Shown here one piece after another: positions 1 through 9,571 of a stretch of DNA of 49,177 nt. The DNA is from a virus. Lineage: Duplodnaviria; Caudoviricetes. Both the position numbers and the translations under genes were made by a program. The stretch lies in the IMG/VR virus record IMGVR_UViG_3300047669_000035, positions 1-49,177 of that record. One strand, given 5' to 3'. Numbering within the stretch: the stretch's first letter is position 1; every line of letters begins with the position of its first letter. The notes below the pieces were generated by a model. It saw only the letters and a list, made by a program, of their open reading frames with translations. It had not been told where the DNA came from and searched no databases.

Positions 1-265
1 CCTGTATATAATTACGTTACCTGACTGACTATAATACATAGTGTTCTGCTCAAGATATCACCAATTTTCATGTACCCCCCTATGTTATTGCATTTTGCTA
101 GCTATGTTTACCAAATAGACCCCCCCCTGTTTTATATAAAGCCCTAGGAGTCCCATACCCCCATATTATTTTTTTCAAATTTAGGGTTGCTTTTTATGTG
201 AAGGGGGTGCAATATGTTAAAATCTTGTAGTTTCTATACCCAGTACATACCATATATTTAGTATT

Positions 266-340
266 CACTTAATAAGTGCCTACCTTGTATGTACTTAATA
301 AGTTTTTAATTTAAGAGGTATCTACTTATTAGGTATATAC
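266..340. promoter_or_regulatory. Repeated interrupted palindrome ACTTAATAAGT, candidate operator array upstream of the packaging operon
   Basis: CACTTA-A-TAAGTG at 266-278, ACTTAATAAGT at 293-303, degenerate ACTTATTAGGT at 324-334, and palindrome GTATATAC at 333-340. Confidence 0.4.
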
Positions 341-348
341 TACATACT

Positions 349-540
349 ATGCAAGAATTAATTGGGTTGTTCTTTAATGTTTGTGTTTACATTCTTCAAG
401 TTATTGGAAATGTAACAGGAATGGGTTATGAATTAGCTAACATAGTTATATTCGTAATACTGCAACCAATTTTAATTCTGCTTTTCTTTGTTTTATGGAG
501 AAGAGAACGAAAGAAACATGAACAAAAATGTATTAAGTAA
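349..540 (+). CDS. Small membrane protein
   Basis: 63 aa with two hydrophobic stretches and a basic C-terminal tail; overlaps the terL start. Confidence 0.6.
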   Translation: MQELIGLFFNVCVYILQVIGNVTGMGYELANIVIFVILQPILILLFFVLWRRERKKHEQKCIK

Positions 541-2014
541 AGTAAAGAACCTATCTGCTACTCAAAAACAAGAACTACTTTCTTTATTGCAAGAACTAGA
601 AGACGCAAAAAGTAGAGAGAAATGCCACGAGGACTTTATGACCTTTGTTGGGGAGATGTGGTCAGCTTTTATACACGGAAAGCATCACGAGATAATGGCT
701 GATGCGTTTGAGAGAGTCGCTAAGGGCGATTTAAAGCGTTTGATTATCAATATGCCCCCCAGACACACCAAGAGTGAGTTCGCTTCGTACCTATTGCCTG
801 CATGGTTTCTAGGTAAGTACCCAGATAAGAAGATCATCCAAACGGCTCACACCGCAGAATTGGCGGTTGGCTTTGGTAGAAAGGTCAGGAACTTAGTCAA
901 TAGTTCAGATTACAAAGCTGTGTTTCCTGATGTCAGTTTGCAATCAGACAGTAAGGCTGCTGGTCGTTGGAACACAAACCAAGGCGGAGATTACTTTGCG
1001 ATTGGTGTCGGTGGTGCGGTTACGGGTAAAGGTGCTGACCTATTAATTATTGATGACCCTCATTCAGAACAAGAAGGTGCTAGTGCGGACATGAATGTCT
1101 TCAATCGTACCTACGAGTGGTACACATCTGGTCCAAGACAGCGTTTACAGCCCAATGGTGCAATCGTTATGGTGATGACAAGGTGGCACAATAAAGATTT
1201 AACAGGTCAAGTTGTTGACGCAAGTATAAAGCGTGGCGGTGCAGACCAATGGGAAGTCATAGAACTTCCTGCGATCATGCCTTCTGGAAATCCTTTATGG
1301 GGTGAATTCTGGAAGATGGAAGAATTACAAGCATTGAAAGCGGAGCTACCCAACAGTAAATGGATGGCTCAGTACCAACAAGACCCCACTTCAGAAGAAG
1401 GAGCGATTGTTAAAAGAGAGTGGTGGAAAGTATGGGAAGGTAGAGAACCACCTGAATGTGAATTTGTTATTCAAAGTTGGGACACGGCTTATATGAAGAA
1501 TCAAAGGGCTGACTATTCTGCATGTACCACATGGGGAGTTTTCTACAAAGAAGATGACGAAGGAATGATAGCTCCTAACCTTATACTCTTAGATGCCTAT
1601 AAAGAGCGTTTAGAGTTCCCTGACTTAAAGAAAATGGCTTTCGAGAAGTATAACGCCTATAAGCCTGATGCGTTCATTGTAGAAGCAAAAGCTGCTGGCT
1701 TGCCTTTAATCTTTGAATTAAGAGCAATAGGAATACCAGTACAAGAATACACACCCAGTAGAGGTAACGACAAAATATCAAGAGTAAATGCAGTATCTGA
1801 TTTGTTTGCTTCAGGAGTTGTATATGCTCCTGCAACTAGATGGGCTGAAGAAGTAGTTGAAGAATTTGCTGGATTCCCTAATATGGAACATGACGATTTA
1901 GTTGATAGCACTACGCAAGCTCTGTTAAGATTCAGACAAGGTGGTTTTATTCCCTTGCACTCAGACGAAGAAGATGAGCCTTTGGAACATAACCGAACTG
2001 CAAATTATTATTAG
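518..2014 (+). CDS. terL: Terminase large subunit
   Basis: Walker A-like MPPRHTKS, Walker B LLIIDDPH, coupling motif MTRW, nuclease motifs SWDTA and HDDLVD. ATG at 518 preferred over TTG at 488. Confidence 0.95.
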   Translation: MNKNVLSKVKNLSATQKQELLSLLQELEDAKSREKCHEDFMTFVGEMWSAFIHGKHHEIMADAFERVAKGDLKRLIINMPPRHTKSEFASYLLPAWFLGKYPDKKIIQTAHTAELAVGFGRKVRNLVNSSDYKAVFPDVSLQSDSKAAGRWNTNQGGDYFAIGVGGAVTGKGADLLIIDDPHSEQEGASADMNVFNRTYEWYTSGPRQRLQPNGAIVMVMTRWHNKDLTGQVVDASIKRGGADQWEVIELPAIMPSGNPLWGEFWKMEELQALKAELPNSKWMAQYQQDPTSEEGAIVKREWWKVWEGREPPECEFVIQSWDTAYMKNQRADYSACTTWGVFYKEDDEGMIAPNLILLDAYKERLEFPDLKKMAFEKYNAYKPDAFIVEAKAAGLPLIFELRAIGIPVQEYTPSRGNDKISRVNAVSDLFASGVVYAPATRWAEEVVEEFAGFPNMEHDDLVDSTTQALLRFRQGGFIPLHSDEEDEPLEHNRTANYY

Positions 2015-2022
2015 GATATTAA

Positions 2023-4503
2023 ATGGCAATAGAAAGACAACCAGCTACACCTATAGACGGAACAGTAGAACAAGAGACTGAAGAAGAACTCACTATAGAA
2101 ATAGAAAATCCTGAATCAGTTGCTATAGATACTGATGATGGTGGCATGATTATTGATTTTAATCCTAATGCTACAGAAGTAGGAGATGAAGAGTTTGATT
2201 CTAATCTTGCAGATTTTATAGATGACAAAGTTTTACAACAATTAGGTGGAGAATTAGTAAGTTCTTACAACGGTGATAAAGAATCAAGATCAGATTGGGA
2301 AGAAACTTACACTAAAGGTTTAGATCAATTAGGTTTAAAGATAGAAGAAAGAACGCAGCCTTGGGCAGGTGCATGTGGCGTATTCCATCCTATGTTAAGC
2401 GAGGCTGTAATACGATTCCAATCCCAATCCATCACAGAGATGTTTCCTGCTCAAGGACCTGTAAGAACTAAGATAGTTGGCAAAGTAACAGAAGAAAAAG
2501 AAAAACAATCCCAACGAGTAGAAGATTACTTAAACTATTTACTGACACATGAAATGTCAGAGTACAGAACAGAAACAGAAAAGATGTTATTTTCTTTACC
2601 TTTGGCAGGTTCTGCTTTTCGTAAAGTTTATTTTGATCCTAGCTTAGATAGACCCAGTTCTATATTTGTACCAGCAGAAGACGTTGTAGTTAATTATGGT
2701 GCAAGTGATTTAGAAACTTGTGAACGTGCTACTCATGTAATGCGTAAGTCTTCTAATATTATTAGAAAAATGCAAGTCAATGGATTTTATAGAGACATAG
2801 AAATACCAGATGGTTCGCAAAGCACTTCTGATATTACAAAGAAATACAACGATATAACAGGCGAGTCTGATACTTATAACTACGATAAAAGTCATACAGT
2901 ATTAGAAATGCAAGTAGATTTAGATTTAGAAGGGTATGAAGATACTGATGAATCAGGTGAGACAACAGGTATAGCTATACCTTACGTTGTAACGATTGAT
3001 TTCCCAAGTGGAATTATACTGAGTATTCGTAGAAACTATTACGAAGATGATCCTAAGAAAATTAGAAGAATGCACTTTGTACACTATCAATATCTTCCAG
3101 GATTAGGATTTTATGGTTTTGGTTTAATACACATGGTTGGTGGATTAGCTAAATCAGCTACTTCCATACTAAGACAACTGGTAGATGCAGGTACTTTATC
3201 TAATCTTCCTGGTGGTTTAAAAGCAAGAGGCTTGCGTATAAAAGGCGATGATACCCCAATCATGCCTGGAGAGTTTAGGGATGTTGATGTTCCAGGTGGA
3301 GCTATAAGAGACAACATTACTTTCTTACCATACAAAGAACCATCAGGAACTTTATATCAATTACTACAAAATATAGTAGAAGAAGGCAGGCGTTTTGCTA
3401 GCATATCTGATATGAAGGTATCTGACATGAACAGTCAAGCACCTGTAGGAACTACACTGGCTTTGTTAGAAAGAAATCAAAAAGTAATGAGTGCTGTACA
3501 AGCAAGGCTACACGCATCCATGAGAAAAGAATTTAATATATTGGTAGGCATTGTTAAAGACTTTACTGAACCTGAATATCCATATGAAACAGATGAAAAA
3601 GAATCTATTAAAACAGAAGACTTTGATAACAGAGTAGACGTATTACCTGTATCTGATCCTAATGCAGCAACAATGGCTCAAAGGATTATGCAATACCAAG
3701 CTGCAATGCAGTTGGCACAAACATCTCCTGAGATGTATAACTTACCAGAACTACACAGACAAATGCTTAATGTATTGGGCATAGAAGATGTACAAGATAT
3801 TATTCCTGATACAGATAATGTACAACCAGTTGATCCAGTTACTGCGGTACAAAATTTAATTAACGGAAAACCTGTACAGGCATTTATAGAACAAGATCAC
3901 GAAGCCCATATAGCCGTTGTTACATCTGCTCAACAAGACCCACAAATGCAACAACTTATAGGTCAAAGTCCTAATGCACCTTCAATCCTTGCTGCTGGCT
4001 CTGCTTATGTCAATGAACACTTAACTATGAAATATAGAAAAGAAATTGAACGTGAAATGGGAGTTGAGTTACCACCAGAAGGTGAAGTGTTACCAGCAGA
4101 TGTAGAAAAACGTATATCTAGTCTTGTAGCAGAAGCTGCTAAAAGACTTCTTGGAACTTCACAGTATCAAGCTGAACAAGAAAGAATACAAGAACAACAA
4201 AAAGACCCATTAATAATAGCTAAAGAAAGAGAGATGGCTGTTAAAGAAGGTGATCTACAGCGTAAGATAGAAGAAGATAAATCTAGATTACAATTAGATG
4301 CAGCTAAAGCAGCTAACAGAGATGAAATAGAAAAACAAAGAATTAAATCTCAAAATGAAATTTCTGGAATAAAAATAGGACAGCAAGTTGCTAGCGATTT
4401 GCAAGACCAAGAAACAGAAAATAAAAAACAAGAAAGAGAAGATTATAAATTAGGACTTGACATTGGTATGAATTTGACGAAAGATATCAATAAGAATGAA
4501 TAA
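2023..4503 (+). CDS. Portal protein (P22-like, long C-terminal coiled coil)
   Basis: Directly after terL; 826 aa; GFYGFGL and LVDAGTLSN motifs; Q/E-rich helical tail. Confidence 0.88.
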   Translation: MAIERQPATPIDGTVEQETEEELTIEIENPESVAIDTDDGGMIIDFNPNATEVGDEEFDSNLADFIDDKVLQQLGGELVSSYNGDKESRSDWEETYTKGLDQLGLKIEERTQPWAGACGVFHPMLSEAVIRFQSQSITEMFPAQGPVRTKIVGKVTEEKEKQSQRVEDYLNYLLTHEMSEYRTETEKMLFSLPLAGSAFRKVYFDPSLDRPSSIFVPAEDVVVNYGASDLETCERATHVMRKSSNIIRKMQVNGFYRDIEIPDGSQSTSDITKKYNDITGESDTYNYDKSHTVLEMQVDLDLEGYEDTDESGETTGIAIPYVVTIDFPSGIILSIRRNYYEDDPKKIRRMHFVHYQYLPGLGFYGFGLIHMVGGLAKSATSILRQLVDAGTLSNLPGGLKARGLRIKGDDTPIMPGEFRDVDVPGGAIRDNITFLPYKEPSGTLYQLLQNIVEEGRRFASISDMKVSDMNSQAPVGTTLALLERNQKVMSAVQARLHASMRKEFNILVGIVKDFTEPEYPYETDEKESIKTEDFDNRVDVLPVSDPNAATMAQRIMQYQAAMQLAQTSPEMYNLPELHRQMLNVLGIEDVQDIIPDTDNVQPVDPVTAVQNLINGKPVQAFIEQDHEAHIAVVTSAQQDPQMQQLIGQSPNAPSILAAGSAYVNEHLTMKYRKEIEREMGVELPPEGEVLPADVEKRISSLVAEAAKRLLGTSQYQAEQERIQEQQKDPLIIAKEREMAVKEGDLQRKIEEDKSRLQLDAAKAANRDEIEKQRIKSQNEISGIKIGQQVASDLQDQETENKKQEREDYKLGLDIGMNLTKDINKNE

Positions 4504-4699
4504 TGATATCATAGAGCTATCACTTTCAGAACATATGAAACTGAAGCTGCGTGGTATGATGAATGAACATGCTGACCATATGAGTACAGGAGCTTGTAAA
4601 GATTTCTCCGAGTATCAAAAAATGGCTGGTATTGTCGAGGGTTTAGCCCTTGCAGAGAGAGAACTTTTGGATTATGTTCAAAGGAACTTAGAAAAATAG
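4496..4699 (+). CDS. Hypothetical protein
   Basis: 67-aa helical protein coupled to the portal gene; DFSEYQKMAGIVEGL motif. Confidence 0.7.
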   Translation: MNNDIIELSLSEHMKLKLRGMMNEHADHMSTGACKDFSEYQKMAGIVEGLALAERELLDYVQRNLEK

Positions 4700-4727
4700 G
4701 AACTCGACTCCTCAAGTCGTGCAAAAT

Positions 4728-5126
4728 ATGAGTAAAGAAAAAGCAATAAAAATGCCTGAAAGTGTTAAGACTCCAATAGTAGATGAAGAAGTTAAAAGTC
4801 AGTTGCCTGAACCTAAAGGCTGGAAGATTTTAATAGCAATGCCTACTGCTGAAGAAAAAACTGAAGGCGGTATAATTAAAGCATCCACAACAGTTAAAGA
4901 TGAAGAAGTAAGCAATATTTGCGGATTTGTTTTAAAACTAGGACCAGAGTGTTACAACGATACTAAAAGATTTCCTAGTGGAAATTGGTGTAAAGCTGGA
5001 GATTGGGTGATATTTAGAGCTTATTCAGGTACTCGCATGAAAATGTACGGACAAGAGTTTCGCTTAATTAATGACGATACTGTGGAAGCAGTAGTAGACG
5101 ATCCAACAGGAGTAGTTAGAGCATGA
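4728..5126 (+). CDS. groES: Phage co-chaperonin GroES (Cpn10)
   Basis: P-x-G-W-K-I-L start, mobile loop EEKTEGGII, GDWVIF..YSGT, RLINDDTVEAVV. ATG at 4728 (track starts at GTG 4719). Confidence 0.9.
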   Translation: MSKEKAIKMPESVKTPIVDEEVKSQLPEPKGWKILIAMPTAEEKTEGGIIKASTTVKDEEVSNICGFVLKLGPECYNDTKRFPSGNWCKAGDWVIFRAYSGTRMKMYGQEFRLINDDTVEAVVDDPTGVVRA

Positions 5127-6148
5127 ACGAATCAAGTACAGAAATAATAAACGAAGAACCTATTATGAATCAAAATACATCTGAAGAAGATAAGTTTTTT
5201 GGTAAAACAACAGAAATAAACAATGAAATTCCAGAAGGATTAGAAGTTCAAATAATTAACGATACTCCTGAAGAAGATCGTAGACCAAAAAAAGCAGAAG
5301 ACGCATCACCTGAAGTAGATGATGAAGCTGTAGATAAAGAAATATCTGATTACAGCAAAAAAGCTGGTGATCGTATTGCAAAAATAAAATACGAGTATCA
5401 CGAAGAACGCAGAGCTAAAGAAGCTGCTTCTAGAGAATCAAAAGAAGCGGTGTCAAGATTACAAACTTTAATGTCTGAAAACCAAAGATTACAAACTATG
5501 GTTGAACAAGGCGGTGAAGTTTTAAATAAACAAGCACATAACAATGCTTTATGGGCAAAACAAAATGCTCAAGTTGAATTTAAAAAAGCTTATGAAGAAG
5601 GTGATGCAGATGCAATGAGTAAAGCTCAAGAATCTTTATCTAAAGCAACTTTAGCAGAACAACAATCAGGAAACATGGCACAAAGTGTACAAAATCAAAT
5701 TGTACAGAATATGCCTCAACAAGTACCTGTTGCACAACAACCACAAATTGATCCAGAAATGCAAATATGGGCACAAAAAAATCCTTGGTTTATGGGAAGT
5801 GAGCCTGTTCATAAAGAAATGACTTCTTATGCTATGTACTTAGATCAAAGCTTACAAGCTAAAGGTGTAGACCCAGCTAGTAAATCACAAGAATATTACA
5901 GTGAAGTTGATAATGCTATGAAGCAACAATTTCCAACTTTTTTCGGTGTAACTTCTACAAATGAAACAGAAATGGTTCATGGAGAAACACCAAAACGACA
6001 ACCTTCAACAGTTGTTGCATCCGCAACGAGGGATAGCGGAAACAAAAAACCCACGCAAATCCGTCTTACTCAGACACAAGTTAAGCTAGCTCGCCAACTT
6101 GGTATAAGTCCTGAGCAATACGCAAATCAATTATTAAGGGAGAGTTAA
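5123..6148 (+). CDS. Capsid scaffolding protein (putative)
   Basis: Acidic N-terminus, long coiled coil, short C-terminal helical motif; lies between portal and capsid. Confidence 0.7.
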   Translation: MNESSTEIINEEPIMNQNTSEEDKFFGKTTEINNEIPEGLEVQIINDTPEEDRRPKKAEDASPEVDDEAVDKEISDYSKKAGDRIAKIKYEYHEERRAKEAASRESKEAVSRLQTLMSENQRLQTMVEQGGEVLNKQAHNNALWAKQNAQVEFKKAYEEGDADAMSKAQESLSKATLAEQQSGNMAQSVQNQIVQNMPQQVPVAQQPQIDPEMQIWAQKNPWFMGSEPVHKEMTSYAMYLDQSLQAKGVDPASKSQEYYSEVDNAMKQQFPTFFGVTSTNETEMVHGETPKRQPSTVVASATRDSGNKKPTQIRLTQTQVKLARQLGISPEQYANQLLRES

Positions 6149-6664
6149 ATGTCAGAAGAAAATAAAACTATTAATGAGGAAGTTTCAACTGATACTCCTG
6201 TAGACCAAGAGCGTACTCCTAGAGAGACAGATAGCCGAGAGGCTACTCAGCACACACAAAGCTGGGAAAATTCTGCTAATTTACCAACACCTAACCCACA
6301 AGAAGGCTGGGTATATAGGTACATCAGAACAGCCTTATTAGGTCAATCTGATAATCCTAATGTATCAAGACGTTTTCGTGAAGGGTGGATTCCATGTGAA
6401 CTACAAGATCATCCAGAACTTCAAATACACATGATGGACCACGGATCAGAATGGGCAAAAAAAGGAAATGTAGAAATTGGCGGACAATTATTATGTAAAA
6501 TGCCTGCGGAAAAAGCGAAAGCAAGAGATAAGCACTTTGAAGAACTTGCTAAGTCTCAATTAGATTCTGTAGACAATGTTTACTTTAAAGATCAAGATAA
6601 TCGAATGGCGACCAAACAAGTGTTTGAGCGTAAATCGAGAACTTCTTTTGGTAAAGATTCTTAG
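6149..6664 (+). CDS. Head-module hypothetical protein
   Basis: 171 aa between scaffold and capsid genes; GGGAG SD. Confidence 0.7.
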   Translation: MSEENKTINEEVSTDTPVDQERTPRETDSREATQHTQSWENSANLPTPNPQEGWVYRYIRTALLGQSDNPNVSRRFREGWIPCELQDHPELQIHMMDHGSEWAKKGNVEIGGQLLCKMPAEKAKARDKHFEELAKSQLDSVDNVYFKDQDNRMATKQVFERKSRTSFGKDS

Positions 6665-6702
6665 GAATCTTTAATAATTAATTAAATTTTAAGGAGACAA
6701 TT

Positions 6703-7290
6703 ATGTCAACAACAGCAGCTCCATACGGAGCTAGACCTATTGGTACAGTCGTTGGAAGTCCTTATCAAGGTAAAGTAACACATTACAAAATTAAAAATGC
6801 GTATGCTACAAGCATATTCTATGGAGATTTTATAAAATGGGGTGACGATAATCCTAATACTACTGTCCAAAAAGACACTGGTACTACGGCTTGTACACCT
6901 ATTGGTGTTTTCCTTGGTTGTGCTTATACTGATCCTACTACAGGTCAATTCACACCAAATCAATATTTCCCAGCTTCAATCGCTGCGGATGATATTGTAG
7001 CGTATGTTGCTACCGATCCTTTTGTAATAATGCAAATGCAAGGCGATGAAACTCTAGGTCAAGACGACTTAGGTAAAAATTTCGCAGTCGTGCAAACAGC
7101 AGGAACTACAACTATTGGTAACAGCAAAAACTCAGTAGACGGGAGTACAGCAGCAACTACCGCCACACTACCACTAAAGCTCATCGACTTTGTTGATGGA
7201 CCTGATAGTGCAGTTGGCGATACTTACACTGATGTACTAGTTATGTTTAACGTAGGGCATCAAATGCTCAACACAACAGGTATTGGTTAA
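6703..7290 (+). CDS. Capsid cement/decoration protein (putative)
   Basis: T/G/A-rich beta protein just upstream of the capsid gene; AAGGAG SD. Confidence 0.6.
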   Translation: MSTTAAPYGARPIGTVVGSPYQGKVTHYKIKNAYATSIFYGDFIKWGDDNPNTTVQKDTGTTACTPIGVFLGCAYTDPTTGQFTPNQYFPASIAADDIVAYVATDPFVIMQMQGDETLGQDDLGKNFAVVQTAGTTTIGNSKNSVDGSTAATTATLPLKLIDFVDGPDSAVGDTYTDVLVMFNVGHQMLNTTGIG

Positions 7291-7300
7291 GGAGTAAATT

Positions 7301-8215
7301 ATGGCAGCTATATCAAGAGCAAATGAGCTAAAACAACTTCTACCAGGACTTAATGCCCTGTTTGGAGAAGAATACGCTAATTACGAAAACGAGCATGAAG
7401 AAATTTATGTTTCAGAAAATTCCGAAAGATCATTTGAGGAAGAACTGAAACTATCTGGCTTCGGTGCAGCACCAGTAAAAGATGAAGGATCGACTATCAG
7501 TTATGATACCGCTCAAGAATCTTTTGTGGCTCGTTACACACACGAAACAATAGCTATGGGCTATTCAATCACAGAAGAAGCAATGGAGGATAACCTCTAC
7601 GTTTCTCTCTCTGGTAGATATACCAAAGCGTTAGCTCGTGCAATGTCTTACACAAAACAAGTTAAAGGAGCGTACCCACTTAATAATGGGTTTAGCACTA
7701 CTTTTTCTTCAGGTGATGGTGTCGCTTTATTTAGCACAGCTCACCCACTTGTAAGTGGTGGAACTAACAGCAATAGACCTTCTGCAGGTGCTGACTTGAA
7801 TGAAACATCTCTAGAAGATGCAATCATTCAAATCGGAAAATACACCGATGAAAGAGGTCTTAAAATTGCAGCTAGAGCAAGAAAACTAATAGTACCATCT
7901 GATCTTCAGTTTGTTGCTACTAGATTATTGCAAAGTGACTACAAAGTTGGTTCTGCTGACAATGATGTCAATGCGATCAAAACTAATGGAGTGATTCCAG
8001 AAGGTTATTCAGTTAATCATTATTTAACTGATACTAATGCTTTCTTTATCACTACTGATGTACCTGATGGCATGAAACATTTCGTCAGAAGTCCTATGAC
8101 AACTGCAATGGATGGTGACTTTGAAACTGGTAATGTTAGATACAAAGCTAGAGAAAGATATTCTTTTGGAGTATCTGATCCACTAGGTATCTTTGGTTCA
8201 CCAGGTAGTTCGTAA
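7301..8215 (+). CDS. Major capsid protein (Mu gpT-like, HK97 fold)
   Basis: 304 aa; GDGVALFSTAHP, KLIVP and RYKARERYSFG motifs; strong SD; followed by a terminator. Confidence 0.88.
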   Translation: MAAISRANELKQLLPGLNALFGEEYANYENEHEEIYVSENSERSFEEELKLSGFGAAPVKDEGSTISYDTAQESFVARYTHETIAMGYSITEEAMEDNLYVSLSGRYTKALARAMSYTKQVKGAYPLNNGFSTTFSSGDGVALFSTAHPLVSGGTNSNRPSAGADLNETSLEDAIIQIGKYTDERGLKIAARARKLIVPSDLQFVATRLLQSDYKVGSADNDVNAIKTNGVIPEGYSVNHYLTDTNAFFITTDVPDGMKHFVRSPMTTAMDGDFETGNVRYKARERYSFGVSDPLGIFGSPGSS

Positions 8216-8227
8216 GAACTTAAATGG

Positions 8228-8256
8228 AAGGGGTGACTATGTTGCCCCTTTTTTTT
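8228..8256 (+). terminator. Rho-independent terminator after the capsid gene
   Basis: AAGGGGTGAC-TAT-GTTGCCCCTT stem (two G-U pairs) running into a T tract. Confidence 0.8.
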
Positions 8257-8320
8257 CTAGGGATTTTATTAATTTCTATCGACTGCCCTAGCAGACTTTG
8301 CCAAGACGATAGATTAATTA
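8257..8320 (+). ncRNA. Structured RNA element with pseudoknot potential; candidate Mu-gpT-DE-like motif
   Basis: TCTATCG 8275-8281 pairs with CGATAGA 8307-8313; inner hairpin CTGC-CCTA-GCAG; CTAGGG 8257-8262 pairs with CCCTAG 8286-8291 (crossing pairing); sits directly downstream of a gpT-like capsid gene. Confidence 0.55.
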
Positions 8321-8333
8321 AGGAGACTTAATA

Positions 8334-8933
8334 ATGGCTAATACAACTTTTAATGGACCAGTAAGGTCCGAAAATGGTTTTGAACAGATTTCAATAGCTT
8401 CTTCAACAGGTACAGTAACCACAAATTTTGATATTGATTCAAGTGGTAACATTACTGATGTAGGATCAATTACATCTGATGGTGCTATTTCTACTACAAG
8501 CACTATTGTAGGTAGAAAAGTAATTGATACAACTTTTAATGCAGCAGGAGCAGCATCAGATACTTTAACAGCAGCTCAGTCAGGAACTTTGTTTTTGATT
8601 AATGGTGCAGCAGCTAATGTAATTACTTTACCTGCTCTGTCTACAGGGAATGTAGGCGTAACGTATGACTTTCAACTTACAGTAGCTGTTGGCGGAAGCG
8701 TAACAACTACATTTGTACTACCAGGTAGTGCAGTATCTAATTTCCAAGGCATGTTGTCACTTGTAGCAGGAACAGCAGCTAACGCAGTAAGTGATGTAGC
8801 GGGAGATACTTTAACATTAGTAGCAGCAACAGTTCTAAATGCTAGAGTTTCTATGACATGCGTTGTGGATGATGGAACTAACTCAACTTGGATAGCAACT
8901 GCTCTGTCAACTCCAATAGCTACAATAGCTTAA
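8334..8933 (+). CDS. Virion structural protein (head fibre/decoration-like)
   Basis: N-terminal MANTTFNGPVRS; T/A/G/S-rich beta protein; AAGGAG SD. Confidence 0.6.
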   Translation: MANTTFNGPVRSENGFEQISIASSTGTVTTNFDIDSSGNITDVGSITSDGAISTTSTIVGRKVIDTTFNAAGAASDTLTAAQSGTLFLINGAAANVITLPALSTGNVGVTYDFQLTVAVGGSVTTTFVLPGSAVSNFQGMLSLVAGTAANAVSDVAGDTLTLVAATVLNARVSMTCVVDDGTNSTWIATALSTPIATIA

Positions 8934-8945
8934 TAGGAGTAAATT

Positions 8946-9563
8946 ATGTCAGGAAGATCAGATGTTAAAGCAGTAACAATAACTGCTGATACAGTAGCCT
9001 TAGATGCCGATGGAATCTCAGTAGCAGCAGCAGTTGGTGATAGTGCAGCCCTAGTAATAGGTGGTGCGTTAGCTAGTGGTGGTTCTGTTACACTCAGTCA
9101 CGGAAGGATAGTAACTATTCTTTCTGCTGGGAATGATTCTGGCATATCGTTTACTGTAGTTGGTACAGATGTTGATGGAGATTCCCAAACAGAGTCGATT
9201 ACAGGTGCTAATGCAGGAACAGCTACTGGAGCTGTCTACTTTTTAACTATTGCTTCAATAACTGCTGTGGGCGACCCAGCAGGTAATGTTAGTGCAGGAG
9301 TTAATGCTTCAGCAGCAGATGTTATATTTGCTGGCAGAGCAAGGTTAAAAGGTATTTATTTAACAAGTACAGCAACAGCAGGAACAACTAATTTTTTAGA
9401 AAACTCTCCAACAGGAACAAGTCTTTTTAAATTAAGTTCAGTTGCTAGTGCTACTGCGACACGAGATGTAGTAATACCAGATGAAGGTGTAGTATTTATT
9501 GATGGAATTTATATTCAATATACTGTATCAACATTTTTAACAATGACAGTCTTTCACGCTTAG
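8946..9563 (+). CDS. Virion structural protein
   Basis: A/G/T/V-rich beta protein in the head module; AGGAG SD. Confidence 0.6.
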   Translation: MSGRSDVKAVTITADTVALDADGISVAAAVGDSAALVIGGALASGGSVTLSHGRIVTILSAGNDSGISFTVVGTDVDGDSQTESITGANAGTATGAVYFLTIASITAVGDPAGNVSAGVNASAADVIFAGRARLKGIYLTSTATAGTTNFLENSPTGTSLFKLSSVASATATRDVVIPDEGVVFIDGIYIQYTVSTFLTMTVFHA

Positions 9564-9571
9564 GAGCAATT

